The notes under the pieces are model-generated. The model did not search any database. It had not been told where the DNA came from and saw only the letters and a list, made by a program, of their open reading frames with translations. This document shows, one piece after another, positions 8,415-17,457 of a stretch of 32,000 bases of DNA. The position numbers and the translations under genes are program-made. How positions within the stretch are numbered: the stretch's first letter is position 1; the number at the start of each line of letters is the position of its first letter. The DNA is from Pseudodesulfovibrio mercurii (GTDB taxonomy: Bacteria; Desulfobacterota; Desulfovibrionia; Desulfovibrionales; Desulfovibrionaceae), in the NCBI RefSeq assembly GCF_000189295.2, contig NC_016803.1, positions 1,110,001 to 1,142,000 of the forward strand, written 5' to 3'.

Positions 8415-8537
8415 GGTATCGCTCCGTCAAAACGGCGTGGAGCGCTTAGTAGCCGAATCCGCCGAAAAAGCCAAGAGACCGACGTGCCCCGACCCCGACA
8501 TATATCAATACAGGATGAACTCGGCCTTTCCAAGTCC

Positions 8538-10007
8538 ATGCCCGCGGACGCGGCGCAGTTCGAATGGCGGGTCAACCGGCAGCTGGACGACGCCCCGGTG
8601 ATCTTTCTCGGGCTCGGCCCGGAACCGGACAAGGTCCCGGAATGGTTTGATCTTCCCGACGACGAAACCTTCTTCTACCTGGAAAGCCCGGACTTCATCG
8701 CCCAGGTGGAGGGGTGGCGCGAGCGCGTGCCCGCCCATTTCGCGCCCATGGACCCCGAAGCGTTCACCATCGCCGCGTCGAGCCGCGCCCACGTGGTCCG
8801 CTACCTGCCGGTGCAGAAGGCCTTCCCGTCCTTTTACGGCCCGCTGACCGCCCGGCTCTCCCTGGAGGACCGCCAGCGGCCGAGGCTTGAGCGCACCGTG
8901 TGGCTGCCGGTGGGCGACGACGCCCTGCTCGTGGAGGAGCTGGCCCGGGCCTTTGCGGACGCGGGCTGGCGGGTGGTCCGCATCGACCACGAATCCCTGG
9001 GCAAGCACCCCGGCAGCACCCTGCCCGGTTATCTCCAGGAGGGCGTGCCGGACCTCTTTTTTTCGGTCAACTTCCGGGGGCTCGACCACTTCGGCCTGGG
9101 CCAGGCCATCCTGCGCGAGGCCGGGGCCAAGGTGGCGGTCTGGATGGTGGACAACCCCTTCCACCTACTGACCGGGATCAAGACCGAAGCGTGGCGGGAG
9201 CTGAACCTGTTCGTCACGGACCACAGCTTCATCGGCCCGCTCATCGAGAACGGCGCGCGGCGGGTCACGCACCTGCCCCTGGCCGCCTCCCCGGCCCTGT
9301 TCGAGAGCGGCGGCACGCTGCCGGACCACGCCCAAGGCATCGAGGGCGGGCTGATCTTCGTGGGCCGCTCCCGGTTCCCCGACCGGGACAAGTTCTTCGC
9401 GGGGATCACCGTGCCCGAGGACGCGGCCGCGCTGGTTGTGGACGCGAGCGGGCCGACCCGGTTCGACTACCACTGGTGGCGGGACCGGCTGGGCGTGGCC
9501 CCGCTCTGGCCGGGCAACGCGGTGCGGGCCGTGGGCGCGGGCGCGGAGTTCGCCTCCGGGGTGTGGAAGCGCCGCTGCCTGAACGCGGTGGGCCGGATCA
9601 CCATCTTCGGCGACGACGGCTGGAAGGACCTGGACACCCCGGACGCGGATGTGCGCCCGGTGGTGGACTACTACGCCCACCTGCCCGCCCTGTACCGCGC
9701 GGCCGGGGTGGTCCTCAACGTCACGGGCATGCAGCTCCCGGCCGGGCTGAACCAGCGCAACTTCGACGTCTGGTGCGCGGGCGGCTTCCTGCTGACCGAC
9801 ACCCATCCGGGCCTGGGCATCTTCCCGGACGAACTGGTCGAGCCCATCGCCTACGCCCGGCCCGGCGAAATCCACGACCTGGTCATCCGTCACCGCGAGG
9901 AAACCCCGGAAAAACGCGACCTTCGCCGCGCCTGGCAGGACTGCATCCGCCGCGACCACACCTACCGCAACCGGGTGGAAGCGGTGCTCAAGGCACTGAA
10001 TTTATAA
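8538..10007 (+). CDS. CgeB/YkvP-like glycosyltransferase-domain protein (function uncertain)
   Basis: The first ATG clear of antisense overlap with rlmE. The C-terminal part resembles the CgeB-type glycosyltransferase group-1 domain (VLNVTGMQLPAGLNQRNFDVWCAGGFLLTD ... HTYRNRVEAVL). No clear SD. Confidence 0.55.
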   Translation: MPADAAQFEWRVNRQLDDAPVIFLGLGPEPDKVPEWFDLPDDETFFYLESPDFIAQVEGWRERVPAHFAPMDPEAFTIAASSRAHVVRYLPVQKAFPSFYGPLTARLSLEDRQRPRLERTVWLPVGDDALLVEELARAFADAGWRVVRIDHESLGKHPGSTLPGYLQEGVPDLFFSVNFRGLDHFGLGQAILREAGAKVAVWMVDNPFHLLTGIKTEAWRELNLFVTDHSFIGPLIENGARRVTHLPLAASPALFESGGTLPDHAQGIEGGLIFVGRSRFPDRDKFFAGITVPEDAAALVVDASGPTRFDYHWWRDRLGVAPLWPGNAVRAVGAGAEFASGVWKRRCLNAVGRITIFGDDGWKDLDTPDADVRPVVDYYAHLPALYRAAGVVLNVTGMQLPAGLNQRNFDVWCAGGFLLTDTHPGLGIFPDELVEPIAYARPGEIHDLVIRHREETPEKRDLRRAWQDCIRRDHTYRNRVEAVLKALNL

Positions 10008-10064
10008 TCTCGTTCAAAACCACTTGAGCTTCCTCTCGAAAAGCGGTAACAACGCTCCACCAAC

Positions 10065-10140
10065 GGGGACGTAGCTCAGCTGGGAGAGCACTGCCTTCGC
10101 AAGGCAGGGGTCGAGAGTTCAAATCTCTTCGTCTCCACCA
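10065..10140 (+). tRNA. tRNA-Ala (anticodon CGC), CCA encoded
   Basis: 76-nt cloverleaf read by eye. The acceptor stem GGGGACG/CGTCTCC has the G3:U70 alanine identity pair. The anticodon arm is ctgcc-ttCGCaa-ggcag, the T-arm contains GGTCGAGAGTTCAAATC, and the 3' end is CCA. Confidence 0.92.
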
Positions 10141-10152
10141 AGAATACGAAAA

Positions 10153-10180
10153 GCCCCGCCGCGAGTCATCGCGGCGGGGC
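10153..10180. terminator. Intrinsic terminator hairpin (12-bp GC stem) shared by the tRNA (+) and the minus-strand SBP gene
   Basis: gccccgccgcga-gtca-tcgcggcggggc, flanked by gaaaa and ttcctctt. Confidence 0.7.
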
Positions 10181-10204
10181 TTCCTCTTGCCGAACACCCA
10201 GGAA

Positions 10205-10939
10205 TCACGGCGTGAAATTCCGCTCCATGATGTCCTGGTACACGCCGCTTTCCTTGAGGGCGTCCAGGGCATCCTGCCATTTTCGGACGGTTTCGTCGGG
10301 CACGTCCAGGGAGAAGGCCAGCCAGGCGGCGGAATCCCCGAACTTGCAGTCCGTGCGCTCGAACTCGGCGGGATCGAGACCGGCCTGCCTGACCATATAG
10401 TAATAGGTGCGCTCGCCCATGAGCACGAGGTCCACGCGGTCCTGGACCAGCTTGCGGTAGCTGGATTCGTAGGTCGGCCCCACGTCGAGATTGGTGAACC
10501 CCCTGGCCGCCAGGGCCTGGTGGGTGTAGCCGTCCTTGCGCACGGCGATGCGCAGGACCTCCCGGGCGTCGTCCAGGGTCTCGATCCTGAGCGGCGAGCC
10601 CCGGTGCTTGAAGAAGTAGTCCCCCTCGCCGAAGATCGGTCCGACCCACTTGAAGAGCTTTTCCCGCTCCGGGATGCGGACGATGGCGAACAGGGCCTGC
10701 CCGGACAGCTTCTGCGTCTGCTCGTAGCCCCGCAACCAGGGCGTCTCCCGGAGAGGACTGTCGTCGCCGACCGCCTTCTGAATCTCGAGGATCACCTCGG
10801 GAGCCACGCCCCACAGCCTGCCCTCGTCGGCGTAGACCAACGGGGGATAGACAATGGCCTGCATATTGAAATCGCCGCCAAAAACCGCCACCGGCAGAAA
10901 CAGCGTCAGACACACGCCCAGAGCGAAGATCCTGTACAC
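10205..10939 (-). CDS. Periplasmic family-3-like solute-binding protein, orphan (no adjacent permease or ATPase)
   Basis: GTG start with a GAGGGAG RBS and signal peptide MYRIFALGVCLTLFLPVAVFG. Size and overall pattern fit the amino-acid-type SBP fold. The assignment is from memory. Confidence 0.55.
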   Translation of the reverse strand: MYRIFALGVCLTLFLPVAVFGGDFNMQAIVYPPLVYADEGRLWGVAPEVILEIQKAVGDDSPLRETPWLRGYEQTQKLSGQALFAIVRIPEREKLFKWVGPIFGEGDYFFKHRGSPLRIETLDDAREVLRIAVRKDGYTHQALAARGFTNLDVGPTYESSYRKLVQDRVDLVLMGERTYYYMVRQAGLDPAEFERTDCKFGDSAAWLAFSLDVPDETVRKWQDALDALKESGVYQDIMERNFTP

Positions 10940-11127
10940 GAACTCTCCCTCGTTGATGAATCAGGGCGCCACCATATACGAGGCGTTAGGCACTGTCCAT
11001 TATTGACCGAAAGTCATTGTCATCTCCTGAAAAAACCCGCCTGAAAATGATCGGAATACCCCTTCATGGAGCTGCCCGGCACCGCTGGAAGACAACGACA
11101 TTTTCTTGAAAATCAAACATATCAGGT

Positions 11128-11143
11128 AGGCACGAGTGCTGCT
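11128..11143 (+). promoter_or_regulatory. Sigma-54 (-24/-12) promoter upstream of the activator gene
   Basis: aGGCACGagtgcTGCt. GG is at 11129-30 and GC at 11141-42, the exact consensus spacing (TGGCACG-N4-TTGCW). It lies about 80 nt before the GTG at 11223. Confidence 0.6.
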
Positions 11144-11222
11144 TTTTGATGACTTCGGGCGGGGAATGGGATAGATCAAAAACACGATTCATTGTTGCAT
11201 CAGCGACCCAGGAGCGTGGCGC

Positions 11223-12959
11223 GTGCCCGAAGCACATCCCGTGGACATTCCCTTCCATTCCATCCTGAACCATCTGGACGTCTCGGCCCTGGCCGCCGAC
11301 TCGGCCGGGTTCATCGCCTACGCCACGCCGAACGCGGAGCGGACCTTCGGGTTCGGGCCTGGCCGGATGCACGGACTGCCCTTGGCCCAGGTGGTGCCCG
11401 ACGCCCTGGTCAACGGGGACGGAAACGGCGCGGATGCCGTGGACGAGGGCGCGGCCCAGAGCGTGGCGCTGCCCGACGGCACCCTGAACTCGGTGTCGCG
11501 CAGCCCCATCGTCATGAACGGCGAGACCGTGGGCAGTCTGCTGACCCTGCACCCCGAACCGGGACCGGACCAGGTGGTCCGGACCGAGACCTACCGCACA
11601 CTGGCCGAACACATGGAGGCGGTCTTCAACGCCTCGAGCGACGGCATCTGGCTGACCGACGGGCACGGTGTGGTCCTGAACATCAACACCGCCTCGGAGA
11701 GCCTCAACTCCATCACGGCGGACGAGGTGGTGGGCAAGCCCGTGGCCGCCCTGGTGGAGGACGGGATCATCGACCGGTCCGCCACCATGGAGGTCATCCG
11801 CAAGCGACGCCGGGTCTCGGTCCTGCAACAGGTCACGCGCACCGGACGGCAGCTCATCGTCACCGGCACGCCGACCTTCGATACGGACGGCAACATCCGG
11901 CTGGTGGTCCTGAACGAACGGGACATCACCGACCTGAACGAGCTGCGCACCACCCTGGCCCAGACGCGCAAGGCCAAGGAAAAGGCCGAGGCCGAGCTGA
12001 CCGGCATGTCCCTCATGGAACTGAAGAAGAGCCGCGTGGTGGCCGAGAGCCCGGCCATGCGCAAGGCCATGGCCACGGCCCAGAAACTGGCCCAGTTCGA
12101 AACCTCGGAGATCCTGCTCATGGGCGACTCCGGCACGGGCAAGGGACTGCTGGCCAAGTTCATCCACGACACCAGCCCCCGGCGCGGCAAGCCGTTCATC
12201 CAGGTCAACTGCGCCACCCTGCCCGAAACCCTGTTCGAGGCCGAACTGTTCGGCTACGAGAAAGGTGCCTTCACGGGAGCCTCGGAGCAGGGCAAGTCCG
12301 GCCTGTTCGAGCTGGCCTCGGGCGGCACCTTCTTCCTGGACGAGGTGGGCGAGATTCCGCTGGACATGCAGGCCAAGCTGCTCAACTGCCTGGACGACCA
12401 CGAGTACTACCCTTTGGGCGCGAGCAGGCCCAAGCGCGTGGACTGCATCATCATCGCGGCCACCAACCGCGACCTGGAGAACCAGGTGCGCAAGCAGGCC
12501 TTCCGCCGCGACCTGCTCTACCGGCTGAACACCTTCACCGTGCGCATCCCGCCGCTCAGGAAGCGGCCCGAAGACGTGTTCGAGCTGATCAACCACTACC
12601 TGCGGCAATTCAACGCCGCCTTCCGGACCGCCAAGCGCATCGGCCCGGCGGGCATGAAGCTGCTCCAGTCATATCCGTTCCCGGGCAACGTCCGCGAGCT
12701 CATCGGCATCATCAAGAAGGCCGTGGTCATCTGTGAGGACGACCTGCTCGACGACTACCTGCGGGACCTCTTCGACCACACCGAGGACGCCGTCATGGAA
12801 AACGGCACGTTGCCCGAGGAAGTGGCCCGGCTGGAGCGCCGCATGCTCCGCCAGGCCATGGAGGCATGCTCCAACACCCGCGAGATGGCCGGGTTCCTGG
12901 GCGTCAGCCAGCCCACCGTGGTGCGCAAGATGCAGCGCTACAAGCTGAGCAATTCCTGA
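11223..12959 (+). CDS. Sigma-54-dependent transcriptional activator (PAS sensor, AAA+ and Fis-type HTH domains)
   Basis: Walker [12 protein letters not shown], the GAFTGA sigma-54 contact loop ([13 protein letters not shown]), and a C-terminal HTH ([21 protein letters not shown]). The GTG start has AGGAG 8 nt upstream. The start is uncertain. Confidence 0.85.
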   Translation: MPEAHPVDIPFHSILNHLDVSALAADSAGFIAYATPNAERTFGFGPGRMHGLPLAQVVPDALVNGDGNGADAVDEGAAQSVALPDGTLNSVSRSPIVMNGETVGSLLTLHPEPGPDQVVRTETYRTLAEHMEAVFNASSDGIWLTDGHGVVLNINTASESLNSITADEVVGKPVAALVEDGIIDRSATMEVIRKRRRVSVLQQVTRTGRQLIVTGTPTFDTDGNIRLVVLNERDITDLNELRTTLAQTRKAKEKAEAELTGMSLMELKKSRVVAESPAMRKAMATAQKLAQFETSEILLMGDSGTGKGLLAKFIHDTSPRRGKPFIQVNCATLPETLFEAELFGYEKGAFTGASEQGKSGLFELASGGTFFLDEVGEIPLDMQAKLLNCLDDHEYYPLGASRPKRVDCIIIAATNRDLENQVRKQAFRRDLLYRLNTFTVRIPPLRKRPEDVFELINHYLRQFNAAFRTAKRIGPAGMKLLQSYPFPGNVRELIGIIKKAVVICEDDLLDDYLRDLFDHTEDAVMENGTLPEEVARLERRMLRQAMEACSNTREMAGFLGVSQPTVVRKMQRYKLSNS

Positions 12960-13134
12960 TTCATAACTGAATCAGCCTATTTCCCGAAAGATCAGTTTTG
13001 GCATTATTGTCAATTTCTTCACAGTTTGAAGGGAGGCAATGACGGTGTCTGACTTTTTTGCAATGAAAGGGGTGCAATCCTGCGTCCTGAGGCGAATCTG
13101 CAAAATGGTCGCGACAGTATTGTTAAAATCTCGC

Positions 13135-13211
13135 TTGATTTGATTTTGAATCATACTTTTCTTGTTTAATTACGGTAAGATAGCAAAAACGTTTGATTTG
13201 ATCTTGAATCA
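13135..13211 (+). promoter_or_regulatory. Pair of 19-bp direct repeats TTGATTTGATYTTGAATCA; candidate enhancer (UAS) sites
   Basis: 13135..13153 and 13193..13211 are identical at 18 of 19 positions and lie 58 bp apart. They sit 67-145 bp upstream of the -24 element at 13278. Confidence 0.5.
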
Positions 13212-13276
13212 CAGAGAAACCGGACCGCCTCCACTAAATTCGCATAACTAGTCGTAATAAAAAGATTATTAAAACA

Positions 13277-13292
13277 CGGATCAGCCCTTGCT
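13277..13292 (+). promoter_or_regulatory. Candidate sigma-54 (-24/-12) promoter of the polyamine/GABA operon
   Basis: cGGatcagcccTTGCt, with GG at 13278-79 and GC at 13290-91 in correct spacing. The -12 element TTGCT matches consensus, but the -24 keeps only GG. It lies about 55 nt before the gabT ATG. Confidence 0.4.
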
Positions 13293-13345
13293 TTAGACGG
13301 GACTGTTTCCGACTTCAACTCTTACAATATATTTGGTGAATCATC

Positions 13346-14647
13346 ATGACGAACGAAGAACTGCAACTGAGAAGAGAGAAGGCCGTCCCCAGAGGGGTGT
13401 CCAATGCCGGTCCCATTTTCGCCGCGAGCGCCAAGGGCGCGACCGTCACCGACGTGGAGGGCAGGGAGTACATCGATTTCGCGGGCGGCATCGGCGTGAA
13501 CAACGTGGGCCACTGTCATCCCAAGGTGGTCGCGGCCGTGCAGGAGCAGGCGGGCAAGCTGATGCACTCCTGCTACCACGTCTTCCAATATGAAGGATAC
13601 GTGGCCCTGGCCGAGAAGCTCAACGCCCTGACCCCCGGAGACCACGCCAAGAAGACCGTGCTGGTCAACTCCGGCGCCGAGGCCGTGGAGAACGCGGTCA
13701 AGATCGCCCGCCGGGCCACCGGCCGCCCGGCCATCGTGGCCTCGGCCTCGGGCTTCCACGGCCGCACCCTGCTGACCGCCACCCTGACCGCCAAGGTCAT
13801 GCCCTACAAGGCCGGGTTCGGTCCCTACGCCCCCGAGGTCTACCACATCCCCTACGCCTACTGTTACCGCTGTCCCGTGGGCCGCTCCTACCCCGGCTGC
13901 AACCTGGAGTGCGCCGAGCTGCTCAAGAAGAGCTTCGTGGACATGGCCTTCCCCGAGAGCGTGGCCGCCGTGCTCCTGGAGCCCGTTGCGGGCGAGGGCG
14001 GCTTCGTTGTGCCCCCCAAGGAATATTTCCCGCGCATCAAGGAAATCTGCGACGAGTTCGGCATCCTGCTGATCATCGACGAGGTCCAGTCCGGCATCTG
14101 CCGCACCGGCACCGTGTTCGCCATCGAGCAGTGGGACGTCATCCCCGACCTGCTGACCTCGGCCAAGTCCCTGGGCGGAGGCACGGTCCTGTCCGCCTGC
14201 ACGGGCCGCGCCGAGATCATGGACGCGCCCCAGGTGGGCGGCCTGGGCGGCACCTACGGCGGCAACCCGGTCAGCTGCGCCGCGGGCCTGGCCGTGCTCG
14301 ACGTGGTCGAGACCGAGGACCTGGCGGGCCAATCCCGCGCCCTCGGGTCCAAGGTGCGCGCCGCCTTCGAGGACCTGGCCAAAAAGTACGAGTGCATCGG
14401 CGACGTGCGCGGTCTGGGCTCCATGCTGGCCATGGAGCTGGTCCACGACCGGACCACCAAGGCCCCGGCCGCCGACATCGCCAAGGCCCTGGTGGCCAAG
14501 TGCCGCGAAAACGGCCTGATCATCCTGTCCTGCGGCCACGGCGGCAACGTCATCCGCACGCTCATGCCGCTGGTCATCAGCGACGCCGAGCTGGAAAAGG
14601 GCTTGTCCATCCTGGAAGCGGCCTTCGCCGAAGTGGTAAAGGGGTAG
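13346..14647 (+). CDS. gabT: 4-aminobutyrate aminotransferase (class III PLP aminotransferase)
   Basis: 433 aa, collinear with E. coli GabT as I remember it: RGV...PIFA...VEGREY[IL]DFAGGI..., SGAEAVENAVKIAR, DEVQSG..RTG, GGLGGTYGGNP. Confidence 0.85.
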   Translation: MTNEELQLRREKAVPRGVSNAGPIFAASAKGATVTDVEGREYIDFAGGIGVNNVGHCHPKVVAAVQEQAGKLMHSCYHVFQYEGYVALAEKLNALTPGDHAKKTVLVNSGAEAVENAVKIARRATGRPAIVASASGFHGRTLLTATLTAKVMPYKAGFGPYAPEVYHIPYAYCYRCPVGRSYPGCNLECAELLKKSFVDMAFPESVAAVLLEPVAGEGGFVVPPKEYFPRIKEICDEFGILLIIDEVQSGICRTGTVFAIEQWDVIPDLLTSAKSLGGGTVLSACTGRAEIMDAPQVGGLGGTYGGNPVSCAAGLAVLDVVETEDLAGQSRALGSKVRAAFEDLAKKYECIGDVRGLGSMLAMELVHDRTTKAPAADIAKALVAKCRENGLIILSCGHGGNVIRTLMPLVISDAELEKGLSILEAAFAEVVKG

Positions 14648-14651
14648 CACG

Positions 14652-16424
14652 GTGAAAGGACTCTACGGGCGCATACTCTTCATCGACGTCACCGGGCGGA
14701 CCTTTTCCATCGAGCCGCTCGGGGACGCCTGCCCGCCCCTGCCCGGAGGCAAGGGACTGGGCACGCGCCTGCTGCTGGAACACAACCCGGCCGGGGTGGA
14801 TCCGCTCTCCCCGGACAACCGGTTCGTCATCACCACGGGCCCGTGCTGCGGCACGGGCGTGTGGGGGGCGAGCCGTTACGGCGTCTTTTCCAAGTCGCCG
14901 CAGACCGGCTTCTACGCGGAATCCTACTCCGGGGGCCGAACCCCGGAGGCCATCGACCGGGCCGGTTTCGACGCCATCGTCGTGACCGGCGCGGCCGACG
15001 TGCTGACCGTCCTGGCCATCCACCCGGACGGCTGCGATTTTCATGAGGTCCCACAGCTCAGGGGGCTCGAGACCTACGCCGCCGAGGACGCCCTGCTCGA
15101 ACGCTACGCCCCCAGGGGCGAGGGGTACGGCAGGCCCGGCGCCATGGTCATCGGCCCGGCGGGCGAGAACCTGGTGGCCTTCTCGGTCATCGAGAACGAC
15201 TACTGGCGCAGCGCGGGCCGGTGCGGCCTGGGCGCGGTGCTCGGCTCCAAGCGGATCAAGGGATTGGTCTTTTCCGGGGACCGCAGGCGCGAGATGGCCG
15301 ACCCCGAGGGCCTGAAGAATTTCAACAGGGAACTGCTGGCCGCCAACGGCGACTCCCCGGCGGTCAAGGCCTACCGGGCCCGGGGCACCACCCAGATGGT
15401 CGCCCTGATGAACACCGTGGGCGCCTTCCCGAGCCGCTACTGGTCGGCCGGGTCCTGCGATCACTGGGAACGCATCAGCGGCGACGCCTTCCACGAACAG
15501 CACGAGGTCACGCCCCACGCCTGCCTGAAGTGCTTCATGGCCTGCGGCCGCAAGGCGCGGATCAAGAGCGGCCCGCACAAGGGGCTGACCATCGAGGGCC
15601 CGGAGTACGAGACCATCTACGCCTTCGGCGGGCTGTGCATGGTCCGCAACATCGACGAGATCGCCCACCTGAACGACCTGTGCGACCGTCTGGGGCTGGA
15701 CACCATCTCGGCGGGCAACCTCTGCGGCATGGTCGCCGAGGCCTCCAGCCAGGGCCGCCTGGACGCCCCCCTGACCTACGGCGACACGGCCACCATCGCC
15801 GCCCTGCTGGAGCAGATCGCGGGCCGCGAGGGGCTGGGCGACGTGCTGGCCGACGGCATCATCAAGGCGGCGGACAAACTCGGCCTGTCGGACATGGCCG
15901 TGCACGTCAAGGGGCTCGAGCCCGCCGGGTACGACCCGCGAGTGCTCAAGGGCATGGGCCTGACCTACGGGACCTCCCCGCGCGGGGCCTGCCACCTGCG
16001 GACCACCTTCTACAAGGCGGAGCTGTCCGGGATGATCCCGTCCGACGCCGTGGAGGGCAAGGCCGACCTGCTCATGGATTTCGAGGACCGGCTGATCGTC
16101 TTCGACTGCCTGATCCTGTGCCGCTTCTACCGCGACATGTACGGCTGGGCCGAACTGGCCCGGCTGCTCACCCTGGTCACCGGAGAATCCTGGGATGAAT
16201 CCACCCTGCGCCGGGCCGCTGCCCGCGTGGTGGACGACACACGGCGGTTCAACGTCCGCGAGGGGCTGACCCCGAAGGACGACCGCCTGCCCAGGAAGCT
16301 TCACGAGGCCCTGCCCACCGGGCAGGTCATAACCCGCGAGGAGTACGCGCTCCTCCTCAATGACTACTATCGCCTGCGCGGCTGGGATGAATCGGGCGTA
16401 CCGCCCGTCCCGGCCGCCGAATAG
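14652..16424 (+). CDS. aor: Aldehyde:ferredoxin oxidoreductase family protein (tungstopterin/[4Fe-4S] type)
   Basis: 590 aa with a GTG start 4 nt after the gabT stop. N-terminal AOR domain (GRILFIDVT..., GGKGLGTRLL). Cluster motif C-x2-C-x3-C (HACLKCFMACGRK) plus the distal Cys (PRGACHLR). Confidence 0.88.
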   Translation: MKGLYGRILFIDVTGRTFSIEPLGDACPPLPGGKGLGTRLLLEHNPAGVDPLSPDNRFVITTGPCCGTGVWGASRYGVFSKSPQTGFYAESYSGGRTPEAIDRAGFDAIVVTGAADVLTVLAIHPDGCDFHEVPQLRGLETYAAEDALLERYAPRGEGYGRPGAMVIGPAGENLVAFSVIENDYWRSAGRCGLGAVLGSKRIKGLVFSGDRRREMADPEGLKNFNRELLAANGDSPAVKAYRARGTTQMVALMNTVGAFPSRYWSAGSCDHWERISGDAFHEQHEVTPHACLKCFMACGRKARIKSGPHKGLTIEGPEYETIYAFGGLCMVRNIDEIAHLNDLCDRLGLDTISAGNLCGMVAEASSQGRLDAPLTYGDTATIAALLEQIAGREGLGDVLADGIIKAADKLGLSDMAVHVKGLEPAGYDPRVLKGMGLTYGTSPRGACHLRTTFYKAELSGMIPSDAVEGKADLLMDFEDRLIVFDCLILCRFYRDMYGWAELARLLTLVTGESWDESTLRRAAARVVDDTRRFNVREGLTPKDDRLPRKLHEALPTGQVITREEYALLLNDYYRLRGWDESGVPPVPAAE

Positions 16425-16434
16425 GAGGAAAGAT

Positions 16435-17457
16435 ATGACCCTTGAAGCATACGCCGTGCACAAGAGCTACGGCGACGTCCAAGCCCTGAAGAACGTTGAC
16501 CTGACCGTCCAGAAGGGTGAGTTGTTCACCCTGCTCGGGCCATCAGGCTGCGGCAAGACCACCCTGCTCAGGATCATCGCCGGGCTGGAACAGGCCGACT
16601 CGGGCTCCATCTTCCTGAACGGGATGCCCATCACCCAGAAGCCCGCCAACGAGCGCCCGGTGAACACGGTCTTCCAGAGCTACGCCTTGTTCCCGCACAT
16701 GAACAACGCGGACAACGTGGCCTTCGGCCTGCGCTCCCAGAAGATTCCGGAGAGCGAGATCCGCATCAGGGTGAACAAGATTCTCGAGATGCTCGAGCTG
16801 ACGAATTTCAAGGACCGCTTCCCGGACCAGCTGTCCGGCGGCCAGCGACAGCGCGTGGCCATGGCCCGCGCCCTGGTCTGCGAGCCCGAACTGCTCCTGC
16901 TGGACGAGCCCATGTCCGCCCTGGACGCCAAGCTGCGCACCCAGCTCCAGATCCAGCTGCGGCGGCTCCAGCAGCAGCTGAACAAGACCTTCATCCTGGT
17001 CACCCACGACCAGGACGAGGCCCTGACCGTGTCCGACCGCATCGCGGTCATGAAGGACGGCGAAATCCTGCAATACGGCTCCCCCCAACAGATCTACGAC
17101 CGGCCCAACTGCCGCTTCGTGGCCGAATTCATCGGCACGGCCAACATCCTCGACGCCGAGCGGCGCAACGACCAGATCATCACCCACGCGGGCAAGCTGG
17201 CCGTGCCCTCCCCGCCCCAGTGGAAACGCGGAGCGCTGGTCATCCGGCCCGAGGGCATCGTCATGCGCGACCAGGAGCCCGAGACCAACGGCGTCTGGGC
17301 CACGGTCACGGAGACCTTCTACCGCGGCAACTTCCTGGACATCACCCTGGAACCGGCCGGGCTGCGCATGCGCTGCGCCCCGCACAAGAAGGTCCAGGCG
17401 GGCGACCAGTTATGGGTCGAACTGCTCAAGGACGCGCTGGTGGCCATCGATGACTAA
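16435..17457 (+). CDS. potA: Spermidine/putrescine ABC transporter ATP-binding protein
   Basis: AGGAGG RBS. Walker A GPSGCGKTT, VNTVFQSYALFPHM, signature LSGGQRQRVAMARAL, Walker B LLLLDEP, and a C-terminal TOBE-like domain. Confidence 0.88.
   Translation: MTLEAYAVHKSYGDVQALKNVDLTVQKGELFTLLGPSGCGKTTLLRIIAGLEQADSGSIFLNGMPITQKPANERPVNTVFQSYALFPHMNNADNVAFGLRSQKIPESEIRIRVNKILEMLELTNFKDRFPDQLSGGQRQRVAMARALVCEPELLLLDEPMSALDAKLRTQLQIQLRRLQQQLNKTFILVTHDQDEALTVSDRIAVMKDGEILQYGSPQQIYDRPNCRFVAEFIGTANILDAERRNDQIITHAGKLAVPSPPQWKRGALVIRPEGIVMRDQEPETNGVWATVTETFYRGNFLDITLEPAGLRMRCAPHKKVQAGDQLWVELLKDALVAIDD

Noticed and set aside
7737-8537. N-terminal 267 aa of track ORF 7737..10007
   Set aside because: This part runs antisense through rlmE and the yebC start and has GC-artefact composition. 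The protein-like sequence begins at ATG 8538.
10065-10204. tRNA-Ala as an integration site for a genomic island carrying the downstream accessory genes
   Set aside because: I found no direct repeat of the tRNA 3' end downstream, no integrase or mobility gene, and no compositional break in the coding regions. Genome-level comparison would be needed to revisit this.
12995-13012. TGGCATtattgTCAA as a sigma-54 promoter
   Set aside because: The -24 half looks good, but the -12 position has no GC at the required 10-nt spacing. The element at 13278..13291 fits the spacing and the TTGC box better.
12972-13154. 60-aa minus-strand ORF in the AT-rich region
   Set aside because: No RBS, and its codon usage is wholly unlike the rest of the window. 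It spans the repeat motifs that are better explained as regulatory DNA.
11064-16463. Minus-strand ORFs 11064..12608, 13322..14650 and 14577..16463, plus alternative plus-frame ORFs such as 11192..12736
   Set aside because: They overlap the activator, gabT and aor in antisense or shifted frames. Pro/Arg/Gly-rich translations without motifs. The annotated frames explain the region fully.
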